DNA from: Epithemia pelagica
Lineage: Eukaryota; Protista; Bacillariophyta
Assembly (NCBI GenBank): GCA_946965045.2
Contig: OX337242.1
Span: forward strand, 1,116,001-1,180,000
DNA: 64,000 nucleotides
Reading direction: 5' to 3'
The stretch's first letter is position 1, and each line of letters starts with the position of its first letter. The position numbers and the translations under genes were made by a program. The notes under the pieces were generated by a model. The model was not told the DNA's origin. It did not search any database and worked only from the letters and a program-made list of their open reading frames with translations. This document shows, one piece after another, positions 1-10,432 of the stretch.

Positions 1-1
1 G

Positions 2-583
2 GTCCTTGACCCCAGTTACATTACACATGGGGAAGAACCAAACGTAGACTGGAATTCTTTTTACCCCGATGCAAATGAGGAGATTCCACCAGACTGCCCA
101 GAACCACTGGGTAAATCTGTGCAAATGACAGCATTTGTCGATTCTGACCATGCTGGTGATTTAGTGACGAGGAGATCAAGAACAGGTATATTGATCTTCT
201 TAAACAGGGCGCCTGTAAATTGGTACAGTAAGAAGCAGACCAGTGTGGAGACATCCACTTTTGGGTCTGAGTTCATGGCCCTTAAAGTCGGCATTGAGAT
301 GATCAAAGGTTTAAGGTACAAGTTGAGGATGATGGGTGTTCCCCTAGAAGGGCATACACATGTCCGAGTGGACAACATGTCTGTGGTGCAGAATAGTTCG
401 AAACCATCTTCTACACTGCGAAAGAAATCGAATGCAATTGCGTATCATTTTGTCCGTGAGAACGTTGCTAACGGAACATGTCGCATTGCTTACGAACCAT
501 CACGTACTAACCTTGCCGACCTTTTGACAAAGATCCAATCAGGAAGTGAGAGGACAAGGTTGGCCTCTTTGATCCTATATTAG
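2..583 (+). mobile_element. 3' end of Ty1/copia (CoDi-type) pol ORF: RT-RNase H linker and RNase H domain; 5' part lies outside the window
   Basis: The frame is open from base 2 (VLDPSY...DWNSFYPDANEEIPPDCPEPLGKSV) into FVDSDHAGDLVTRRSRTG, WYSKKQTSVETSTFGSEF, VDNMSVV, KKSNAIAYHFVRE and NLADLLTK. These are classic copia RNase H motifs. Stop TAG at 581-583. Confidence 0.95.
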
Positions 584-651
584 TGCGTTTCCCACTGTAT
601 TGATAGCAGGGTCGGGTACGTCCTGTACTTGTTATGGAGCAAGCTTTAAAC

Positions 652-821
652 AGGTTGAGGAGGAATGAGATATACTTGGACACGATTACCCTATCAAATG
701 GCCAGTGAATCGCGAGGGGACCGAGAAATGGTCGCGGTTATGGGCGAGAATTTAGCGAAGGATAGGCCCTCTAGGATAGAGGAATGTAATAGTCACTCTT
801 TTAAAATATGACCCAACATCA
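652..821 (+). mobile_element. Probable polypurine tract (652-665) and 3' LTR (~666-818/821) of the copia element
   Basis: AGGTTGAGGAGGAA is followed directly by TG at 666, and a candidate CA end lies at 817-818 or 820-821. The segment has an AT-rich box (TTTTAAAATA). An alternative PPT+TG occurs at 773-786. Boundaries are unverified because the 5' LTR is outside the window. Confidence 0.5.
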
Positions 822-987
822 TGACCGAATTTTGCCTCCGCTGCAATCTCTGTTGCCACCAGCACATGTTTGTTCGGTCCGCAGGTCACCTTCGGTCCTC
901 ATGTCAGCAACAGCAGCTTCGGTATCGGTGGTCTACCTGGAGGAAAATACGAAACAGGTTTCTTGTCGGCTTGATGTGGCCGCAACC

Positions 988-1716
988 ATGACAGCCTCTC
1001 ATAGCAGCGACTCGGCGGAAAGGAAAGTCAGATTTACTGACGAACACCAAACAATATTAATTGAACAAATCGAGGAGCTCGATGTTGAATCGATATGGTT
1101 TACGCCGGAGGACTACTTTGAGATCAAAGCGCAGACGAGACTTGAATCGAAGGACTGGCGGAGGAAAGGCTACGGTGTTCTGTTAAAGGAAACTTTTGAG
1201 AATCCAATGGACGAAGCGCAGGACTATTTAAATGCGTTTTGTCAACTTGAAGATGCGCTCTCACGAAGAGGTCTAGAGAGACACTTGTCACGGCGCCACG
1301 GGGAAGAAAGATCAGACTTGAAGGACAGAGCACGGTATTGTGTTTTATCGCACCAACGGAGACTCAAGCGAGATGGTATGAAAATTCATGAAATGGAGGA
1401 TCAATTGGCGAAAATATACGAAGACATCAGTCGATGTGCCAAGGTTTTTGCACGGAGAATAGCCAAGGCAGATGAATTGGTTGTCGTGGAGGGATCGACA
1501 AATGAGCCAGCAAATTCAATCGTAGACGAAAATGAGGTGACCGAGGGTGGACGCAAAATGGAACGGCGTATGTCCAACTTTTCGGTTAAATCAGGAAATT
1601 CCCTGGACTCCTTTCGAATGCCACCGTCTGGAAGTGCGACACCAAGATCGCAGAAAGGAAACTGTCCTTCAAGCCCGGCATCTCCAACTGAAGAATACTA
1701 TGCAGCGATCGCATGA
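988..1716 (+). CDS. Diatom-specific protein of unknown function ('VxF...W(F/Y)...E...RGLE' family), copy 1
   Basis: Contains KVRF...IWFTPEDYFEIK...RRGLERH...LAKIYEDIS...ARRIAKADE. The track start at 808 falls inside the predicted LTR, so ATG 988 is preferred. Confidence 0.8.
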   Translation: MTASHSSDSAERKVRFTDEHQTILIEQIEELDVESIWFTPEDYFEIKAQTRLESKDWRRKGYGVLLKETFENPMDEAQDYLNAFCQLEDALSRRGLERHLSRRHGEERSDLKDRARYCVLSHQRRLKRDGMKIHEMEDQLAKIYEDISRCAKVFARRIAKADELVVVEGSTNEPANSIVDENEVTEGGRKMERRMSNFSVKSGNSLDSFRMPPSGSATPRSQKGNCPSSPASPTEEYYAAIA

Positions 1717-3234
1717 TGTGCGAGACAGGAAACGAGTCACTTATGAGGTCTTATTGCGCATCCTACGGGCTCGTCTGGCTTTACCAAACCCTACGAACGT
1801 GGGGTTCTGTTCGAATGGGATTGTAAATTCCACATGGCTGATGGTTGGAAAATGCATTACGGACCATAACGATGATTACTGTGGACATGTTCATTAGCAG
1901 CATTTCTCGCGTTTTGTGTCAAGCAACGAAGGTTCGAGCAGACGATATGCACAGTATCATTTCGCGGCGGCTTGCGGAATTGCGGGCAAGTACGTTTTAT
2001 TTGAAGCAGTTGATCAGAAAAGCGAAACTCTTAGGTTGTGGCATTAGCTAGCATGATGGACAAACCACTACTCTATAACTTGTGCCACGATCTTAAACTG
2101 CCAAGAGGGACGGTGGAAAGAGAAAGACTAAGGGCTGCGAACAGCAATATTTAACCTGAGCAGAGCATGTGGGAAAGTTGAACAATGAAGCAAGTCTAGG
2201 GCTGACGGAAAGGGGAGATAAATCCACCATTGAAAAATCAGCACTGAGTCTCTAGGAATGAGAACGATCACCTGCGTTCTCGTCAATTGTGATGTGAAAG
2301 GAAAGTCGAAGGATGCTTCTTCCCGACATATTGTATGTAAGGATCTGTTGCTCGCTTTCAAGAGAGGCTCTTTGTTTGAAGGTTTCTTGTTCCTCTCTAG
2401 AAGGAATTTGACAGCATCTATTTAGAGCTAGGACAGCTATCTCATGTTTCTTCATGACTGACTGGGGGAAGAATCCGATAAAAATTGGGTTTATCATAAG
2501 AACTAGAAACGAAAACGTCCAAGAAGTTAGGAGCACATATAGCCCGTAGTCCCAGCACATATCTCAAACGTTTTTCATAGAGCACATTCAATGGGAAAAT
2601 GACCGGGTATCCGAATTCCTAAAAGCCTATCAGAGAATGCCCTTAAAGATAATCATCTCTCATGGACAGGCCTAACAGTAAATCTCATTTAGTATGACTA
2701 TAAAGAGAATTGTGGGCAATACAATTTCAACAAAAGTTTTCGATCCATTTATAAAGCCGCATGTGGCAACTTAAAGATGATTATTTAATCCTTTAGAATT
2801 TTGAGTAGGAGAGAGCCGGCATCGTCTGAAACTGTGTTGGGCAATAATGAATTATAAATTCATCCTGCATGGGCAATGATATTATTTTCACCTCTTACTT
2901 AAGCTTATGGACTGTGTTTCGCATCGTTGACCAGATGCTCTTTCAGCTGGGTTTAAGTTTGGTTGGGCGTCGTATTTGAACGAGTAACCAAGATAGTAGG
3001 TAGGTCTATGCCCAACAAAGAACATGCCCTTTCAATCACCTCATTGGGATTGGGGGCCGACCACGAGCACTCTCCGGTAACAAACAGAACACAGAGAAGA
3101 GTAAAAACGCGAGTAGGCATACCGTGCCAAGTGCCACAACGATCCGGTTTTTTCACGACCTGCTGCAGTTTGTACTCGCTGTGGTTTCTGTCACCTATGC
3201 GCACCTCATTCCAATTTGCCTTCACCGAACGAAC

Positions 3235-4122
3235 ATGGCTGATACTCAGGAAGGAGACAGAAGACATGATGGTGATGGCGGTTCCACAAGTGACGAGGAG
3301 AAGAAGGTTCCTCCTGGACCACTGGCGAAGCCAATAATGCCTTTGGCACCGCCTTGCGGGCACTTGGACGACGATGACGATGACGAAAAGACCATAGGGT
3401 CCAATTCCACTGACTTTCGCGGTCGTGAGACATCAATTCGCTTTCGACCTGAGAGTGAGTTGGCAACTTTTCACGAAGGTGCAGATATCGATGAGCTTGC
3501 GGAGAACAGACAGCTTGTTTGGTATCAGTACGATGAACTAAAGACCATCAAACGGAAAGCACTGCAAATATCAAAGGAAGCACAAAAACACGGACTAGGT
3601 GTTGTTCTCACTAACACTTATGGAAAAAGAAGCGAAGACACTCAGGAAGCACTCAATACATGGGCCAGGAATGGCAGCTCAAGAAGAGGGCTTGAACGTT
3701 GGATCAACGATGAGTACGCTGCGAAGAGGTCAGACATTCGAAAAAGAACCATCCAATCTGTTGTGAGAGCGCAAGCAAAAATGAGAGACTCAGAATTGAA
3801 TGACCCTGATTATTCCTCCAAGGTTCTGTCACGATTAAGTGAAGCCTTTTCCATTGACTCGAAGCAGTTTGCCAGAGGAATGGGGATTGCCGATGAACTT
3901 GCTGCATCGCTCAATTCCCTTGCCGTGAATGAGCAAGATTCTGATTCCAAATCATTGGCGGGCAGCGTTGTAGGTGATCGGAGAACCCCATTGCGGAAGG
4001 GCAGTCCACGGTCTGTTTTGTCCATACCCGCCACTCCTACGAAAGGACCTAGAATGAGCGTTGGTCGCAACTTGGGCATCACAACTCCCTCTGTGTCCGC
4101 TGATTTTCGGCACTATTACTAA
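3235..4122 (+). CDS. Diatom-specific protein of unknown function ('RGLE' family), copy 2
   Basis: Contains IRF...LVWYQYDELKTIK...RRGLERW...LSRLSEAFS...ARGMGIADE, with the same motif order as 988-1716. Likely start is ATG 3235. Confidence 0.8.
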   Translation: MADTQEGDRRHDGDGGSTSDEEKKVPPGPLAKPIMPLAPPCGHLDDDDDDEKTIGSNSTDFRGRETSIRFRPESELATFHEGADIDELAENRQLVWYQYDELKTIKRKALQISKEAQKHGLGVVLTNTYGKRSEDTQEALNTWARNGSSRRGLERWINDEYAAKRSDIRKRTIQSVVRAQAKMRDSELNDPDYSSKVLSRLSEAFSIDSKQFARGMGIADELAASLNSLAVNEQDSDSKSLAGSVVGDRRTPLRKGSPRSVLSIPATPTKGPRMSVGRNLGITTPSVSADFRHYY

Positions 4123-4603
4123 TGTGCCTCAAGAGTCGACGATGAAAAATTTATTTGTTACAAGAGAAAGTCCCCTGTACAAGAACGCATGTTCTTGACT
4201 GCAGCATTGAACGCTACCAATTTTGCAAAACTGTTCCCTAATTCTGTATCATTAATCCAGCTTTCACCGGCTTATAAGACAATAGAAGACTGTAAATCAT
4301 CGTCTGACAATGTTTTAGTCATCTGCAATGGCCGATGCAAAAATATGAGTAAGACGACCAGGAGATGTGACAATATGAAGAGGACCGCTGCTGGACGAAG
4401 TTTTGGAGATGTTGCTGTCGCCGGCAATGATTGGAGAACCCATCCTTATTTGCCAGCCCGTGGAACCAAAGTCCTCAATATCAATGCCAACAAATTCTAT
4501 CGATATATTCAAACACGATTATTAGTGCTATGAATGAATCCAGCTCGCATCCACAACAACATGTTAAACGGACATTACCAAGACTTATAAAACAAATGAC
4601 TAT

Positions 4604-5511
4604 TCAGTTCCTTCGAAGGAAAAGCTTTCGAGCTGGCTCAATGGGACTTCCGCCATCGCTATTTGTCAGACCACCTCCTTTGATGATAGCGTACAGAACC
4701 ACACCGAGCAGTAACATGCAATTGATGAGAGCAAAGCATTGAATGAAGGAATCGGAAGCCATTCGCTTCCCAAATTGCTTCAGCAAGGCCTCTGCCCTAG
4801 CTAAGTTGTCGTCGATACGGTCTGCTTCTCGGTCAATATTATCGATCACGTTGCGCTGTCGTTCCAATTCTTCCAAGGTGGACACACCAACCTCCTTTGA
4901 CTGGGCAATCATACTTTTCGTATTAGCCAATGAATCTTGAGTTTTATCCTGTAACGCAGACGCATCTGCCAGCATTTTATCTCCAGCTTTTACTGCATCC
5001 ATACCACCATGTTCACCGTCAGGATCTCCACCTCGTGCTTCCACAAACAGTTCCCCGCGTTGTGTTTCGGCTTCCAAGGCCTTTGCATCCGCACTTAACG
5101 TTTTGAGTTTCTGGTCGAAGCTGGCCAGGCGAGACTCACATTTCCGTCGATCCGCAACATCGACAATAAGCCGTGTTTCCATTTTGTAACTTCGTTTCGT
5201 TCCCTTAGCTTGCCGCAAAATTTTTTTGCAGCGATCAATCGCCTCTGCTTTCTCCATATCATCTCGAATGTTCGGAATTTGATCGATCAAGTTTTCAATC
5301 TCTTCGACATCCTCCGATAGTTTATCATCCCAGTATTGAATATCGTCCGCCTATGGAGAGGTACATAAAAAGCCAACAAGAGTATCGAAATTTGGAAAAT
5401 TGAGCAAAAGCATAGACAAGACACATTCTCAGCACCGACAACATGTGAACTGGGTTCTACTATGCCCTTTCCCCTCCTCCTCACAAAAGAACGCAACATA
5501 TCACCCACCAT
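4604..5511 (-). CDS. Qb-type SNARE (VTI1/NPSN-like); first exon is the ATG only, intron 5351-5508
   Basis: ATG(5511-5509)|GTGGGT...ATAG|GCG GAC GAT ATT gives M-ADDIQYWDDKLSEDV. The protein has an N-terminal helical bundle, a SNARE coiled coil with Q layer (LEELERQRNVI) and a C-terminal TM (FIQCFALINCMLLLGVVLYAII). Confidence 0.85.
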
Positions 5512-6088
5512 GATGTTTGGTTAGATGAACACAGCACAGAAATGAAAATCCTCGATAGTCAAGATAGGTGTCTCGAGAGTCGAGAGTGAAGTCGACAGTG
5601 AAGAGTTACGATGACTTCGTCGTTGTGCCGGTTCGATAAGTTTTTGGCATTTCCCAAGTTCCAAGTCTTGTTTGCGGTAGGTATTAGGTAGCCACAAATG
5701 GGTCGGGATTGAGCAGGTAGCTCAGGTAAAAGTAGCCTTAGGTATATAGGTATTTGAAGGTAAGGGTCAGGAAAACCAGCTCCTATTGGTACTCCTAGAA
5801 GTAAGCTTCGAAATTCATCCCCTGTCCTTCTAGGTGGGATTATAATGAGGAGGTCCAAAATCTCTCTATAGAATGAACTTGTAGCAACATGTGACCATTC
5901 ACTGAAATTAAGCTTTCAAGGCGGATTTCGAGCAAAGTGAGGACAGTGAACCACGTATGTAGGGCCTGTGACTGTGAGTGGTCGTAAACGTAGCCGATTA
6001 GTGCTTCCCATTGAAGATTCGTCGACATTGGTCGTCGCCCCTTTTCTTGCGCCGGACTCCCATTGGTCCAACTCTTCCCAGTCGAGTT

Positions 6089-8260
6089 CTACGCAGGATT
6101 TTGTTTATCCGGTTTGGTAGCCACAATCAGTTGGGTTGTCTCTGGAACCAAATCGAGGACTTTCGGTGCAATAAATCCGGCTCCACAACGCTTATCGTTG
6201 CCACATAGAAGCTCGATGATACGATTGGGTCGAAGTCCCATGCCTTCCGGATTGACTGTTACATGTGCCAAGGCCCAGAGCGCAGCATTTTGTGGACCAC
6301 GACCGCTATTGTCGACAAAAAAGTCATGAAGGACTGCCAAACCACCGGGCTTGAGGGCTCGAAAAGCATTTCTATATAAGCCTTCGAGAGCTTGGTGAGG
6401 AATAGACCCACTGACATAGCTCATCAACACGACGTCAAAGGATTCAGGTTCAACCACTCCTTCCCAGTCTCCAGGAGCCGTCGCCGAAAGAGCCAACGTC
6501 GATACTCGTTCTCGCACCGAAATGTCGGGTTCTCGATTCACAATGCTTTGGGCAACTGTTACGACATTGGGTAAGTCCAGCACAACGCAACTGGCTTGAG
6601 GAATCTTCCGTGCCGTGGCAATGGAAAAGGCACCCGATCCCCCACCCACATCCAACATGCGCAGTGAGCTGCGCTCCTGGGCCAGTTCTGGCAGTCGCTT
6701 ATGGAGTGCATATGCCGTGGCCAATGATCCATTGTGTTGTGCTTTTGTGTATCGTTCCGCCGCTTCTGGATCGGATTCAAACCATGCCTCATACCCATGC
6801 GATGAGGTACTCCCTGATTCTAATGTACCGTGTAAATCTGCCATGCGGCTGTAGAATTGTGCGTCCACCTGTCCGGAGATATAATCACCCCAATATCGCT
6901 TGGATGAACGAACCAGTTGTTGAGCCGATGCTTTGGGGAGCGAAAACATCTCCAGGCCATCCGTTGTATATCGGCGACGAACAAGTGATAGGGCCACACA
7001 CGCTGAGAGCAACGTACGTAAGCGTTCTCCCTGCACGCTACACCGCTTCTCTATACTTTCAAAAGATGCCTCCGGTCGTTTCGAGCTGTCGCTCTCATTA
7101 GCAGCAACTGCGTCATGAATGGCATCAAATACGCCAGATCGAAGTCCTGAAAATAACGCTTTGCTGCCCATAAAGGCATAGGCAATCTCATCAATCTTTG
7201 GTTCTTCTTCCTTACCGCTGATCTCTTCCTCTTGAGCAGTCATGTTGCTATCCAAGAAGTTGCGAACAATCCGATGGAATGTATCTGCATGGCGTTGATG
7301 AAGATTGTGTTTGCCCTCCTCGAGAACCACTAGTTGCGAGGTTTTGATGTGTCGAGAAATATACTGCGCGTGCGACAAATCACAAATGACATCTTTGGCT
7401 CCATGTAACACCAACGTTGGGCATTGGACTTGATGAAGTTCGCGAAGACAGACATCGCCCGCCTTGTCCGTGTAGGAGCGGATCCATCCATCGGTGGCCC
7501 TGTCATTCAGTTCCTGTAACTCCTCTATACTTGTCAAACCAAGGCTTTTCATTTTGTCATTTCGAACGCGGTCGGACCAACTTGTTTCGACGTTGCGAAT
7601 GGCCTCCCAGGCATCGACATCCGCTTGTGTGACAAAGGCGTTGCCTCCCCAAACCACCAGATTTTGTACCCATGGTCGGGCAACCACACCGGCCAAGTGA
7701 ATTGCCACAATGGCTCCGTCTGACCATCCCATGACGCTGTAGGATTTGCGTTTGTCCTCGTTGGCAAGGATTGCTTGCATGACAGCGGCGGCATCAAGAG
7801 CATCCTGACGATAGAAATCCAGGGGATACTCCCGCGGGGCATTCTTGGGAAGGGCCGATCCTCCTAGCCCTCGGGGATCCAATGCAATGATTCCATAGGG
7901 TTCATCTGCTGCGTGCGCGATATTTTCCGTAGAAATTTGTTGGAGGCCAGTTTCTAGTAGTTGCGCAAAATCAGAAGATCCTGTTCCCAAGGCGCCTGGT
8001 AAACACAAGATGGAATGTCGTGCATCCGGATGGCGGATTGAAACACGGAACTCAGCTCCCCGTGCCTGCACCATTCTCGTTTCGAACTTTGAGGTTTCCT
8101 CAGCAACTTGATTTAGAAAGCTCCCATGATATGCTCGAAGCATCATGCTGCACCTCAACCGTTTGGAAGAGGGGGATACAACGGCCTGACATCGGGATGC
8201 AAGCCACCCCAAAGTTCGTTCTCTTTGAAGCAATGCTCCGGAGCGCAGCAACATGACCAT
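6089..8260 (-). CDS. Fusion protein: BPHL/valacyclovir-hydrolase-like alpha/beta hydrolase plus DsyB/DSYB-like SAM-dependent methyltransferase, with Arg-rich N-terminal presequence
   Basis: One uninterrupted 723-aa ORF. Hydrolase motifs: LPGALG, DPRGLG, GWSDG, HGAKD, GKHNLH. Methyltransferase motifs: IAYAFMGSKALF, DYISGQVD, YEAWF, YTKAQHNGSL, LDVGGGSGAFS, LMSY, HDF, GPQNAALWALAH. Confidence 0.9.
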   Translation of the reverse strand: MVMLLRSGALLQRERTLGWLASRCQAVVSPSSKRLRCSMMLRAYHGSFLNQVAEETSKFETRMVQARGAEFRVSIRHPDARHSILCLPGALGTGSSDFAQLLETGLQQISTENIAHAADEPYGIIALDPRGLGGSALPKNAPREYPLDFYRQDALDAAAVMQAILANEDKRKSYSVMGWSDGAIVAIHLAGVVARPWVQNLVVWGGNAFVTQADVDAWEAIRNVETSWSDRVRNDKMKSLGLTSIEELQELNDRATDGWIRSYTDKAGDVCLRELHQVQCPTLVLHGAKDVICDLSHAQYISRHIKTSQLVVLEEGKHNLHQRHADTFHRIVRNFLDSNMTAQEEEISGKEEEPKIDEIAYAFMGSKALFSGLRSGVFDAIHDAVAANESDSSKRPEASFESIEKRCSVQGERLRTLLSACVALSLVRRRYTTDGLEMFSLPKASAQQLVRSSKRYWGDYISGQVDAQFYSRMADLHGTLESGSTSSHGYEAWFESDPEAAERYTKAQHNGSLATAYALHKRLPELAQERSSLRMLDVGGGSGAFSIATARKIPQASCVVLDLPNVVTVAQSIVNREPDISVRERVSTLALSATAPGDWEGVVEPESFDVVLMSYVSGSIPHQALEGLYRNAFRALKPGGLAVLHDFFVDNSGRGPQNAALWALAHVTVNPEGMGLRPNRIIELLCGNDKRCGAGFIAPKVLDLVPETTQLIVATKPDKQNPA

Positions 8261-8718
8261 AACAAATCAGTTCTTCTCACACAGCCTTCCAAATCAGAAA
8301 TGCCTTGCTTGGTTACTTTTGTCGGCGGCAACAAAAGAGTGTTTCAGACTTCAGGCCTCAGGACATAATGGACATCGTCAGACATCACTCATTTTTCCGG
8401 ACCGTACTAGTAGCTATTCAGCAGCGACCATTGGGTCGCACCACGAAAATTCATCTATGTACTCGAGGCTACTCGAGGTAATAACCTTAGTCACTCTAAA
8501 CTTTAGACATGGATTGAAGAGTCTCATGGCACCTGACCCTAACTACGGATGCCATCTATAAACCTCCTTGAGTCATTGAACAAATTTTGACATTCTCACA
8601 ATCATCCGTGAGGAACAGAAGCTTGCTTGCATTTGTTTCTCTCTGATTCTTTTTTCCCGTGTTTTTGTTCTTGCGAAATGGGAGTGCCACAATGCGTCGT
8701 ATGAAACCTCATGTAAAA

Positions 8719-10194
8719 TTAGAGTTCCGTTGCACCACCTTTGGCCATTGTTTTGATAAAGTTTGTCACTCGCTTCCAAGTGATACTGCTGGCTTGCTCC
8801 AGGTACATGCGTTTGGGACTTGGATCTGTCTTTCCCGATGTCAGTCCTAATTCGACCGAAGTACTGGCTTTTAAGATAGCGATCTCATCTTCCATGCCTC
8901 GTTGGACTTTGACTCCCATTAACGGCACCTGAAAGTATTTGGTGGTCCACCACGGTAGCAGGGCCGAAACAAACCTCTCCCTCCAACTGCCTTCGTATTC
9001 ACTGCTTACGGAGATACTTTTCCATTCACTGCGAGGAGAACACGACAAGTTCCCCAGTTGGGTTTTGTGGTGGTTAGGAAGAGTTTCGTTGATTCCATAA
9101 ATTGGTTGCGTCTGTGTAATAGCCGGTGGATGACTTCCTGGCCATAGGTTGAAGAGCAAAACACTCCGTCCAAACAACTCTGGTTCGGACCGACGATCCT
9201 TTGCTCGTCGTGGATCACTCGGCATCAGGTACAGATTCGCCGGCCGTGGTACGGAGTGCAACAAATTTCCATTAAAACGGAGCAATCTTCCAGGCAAATT
9301 GGGCACGGCCAAGAGTTCCACATTGTCCAAAATCCATGGATCCTCCATATCAACTTGGTCCAGGCTATTGAATTTCTTTAGTATCATATCTCCTCCAGTG
9401 CTGGCATTCGCAAACACTAGAGTCGGTGCCTCTAACAGGGATTCACTGCCCTGTTCCAGATAGAGCACATGGCCAAACAAGGGATGTCGGACTTTGGGTT
9501 CCGGTATCCCAGATTGTAGCGCCTTGTTGAAAGTACCTTCGTCCTGATCGGCGTGGGCCTCTCTGCGATAGAATAGCACGACAAACAAAAGGGCGTTTCA
9601 AGCAAAGAACCGTGAGCCCACACATCGGACTTTCACCATTGATGTAGTTGCTGCAGACCCGAAACAGAGTATCATTTGGCTCGTCACAAATCACTGGACA
9701 ACATGACACTTTACTTACACCGACATCCAGTGTTGCCGATCCCAAAATTCCACCCAAAAGGCGGGTTTTGATGTATCTGCAGCTTCTTGTGGGTGTAACT
9801 GCGTCATGATATCGGATAGAATTTGTTCAATCCGATGTCGTCGCGCCAGTTCCGTAGCTGGAGTAGGCCATGGAAAAATCACGGTTTGTTCATGTTTCTC
9901 ATTCCCTCGTTCTTCGGCACGCACAATCAATGCTTGGCGCAATTCTTCCATGAAATTTTGCGAAAGAACATTGTCCCAAACATGAATGCATTCCGAACGT
10001 TGTCGCCATTGAGCAACCAACAAGGAGGGACCCGCTTGATAGCCACATGCAAGAGCCACGAGAACGACGAGAATGAACAAGGACTGGATCAGCGAGGAAG
10101 ATCCTTGACTCTGCTCGTTCTTCTGAGAAGTTGCTTTGTCAGTATGGTTGATAGCAACCACCTTTCGGGTTCTCCGTATCGTTGTTGTTGGCAT
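8719..10194 (-). CDS. Membrane-anchored diatom protein with HxD...H motif (putative Fe(II)/2OG-type oxygenase); intron 9563-9718
   Basis: Splicing GT|gtaagt...cgcag|AGAG joins two track ORFs into WVEFWDRQHWMSVEAHADQDE, followed by HPLFGHVLYL and RFNGNLLHSVPRP. An N-terminal TM is present (LFILVVLVALACGY). The function is inferred. Confidence 0.7.
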
Positions 10195-10432
10195 GGTGGA
10201 TAACGATGATGATGATAATAAATGAAGACTGGTCGAAGTCGAATGTGGTCGTCGGATCAGAAAGATTCCCAAAAGGTGAAAAAAATGCGAATTGCTTCCA
10301 ACGAAAGAAGCCACCACAGACCACAGGTGTGCTGGCGGCATACTCGTGACTCATCAAGTCCTCATTCAAGCACATTCAGGATCGATCACTCTTCACAAGG
10401 CAAGAATCCACTGGAAAGGACCAATCCAAGCC

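Noticed and set aside
808-987. 60-aa N-terminal extension of the first RGLE gene given by the track
   Set aside because: The start lies inside the predicted LTR. ATG 988 matches the paralog architecture better.
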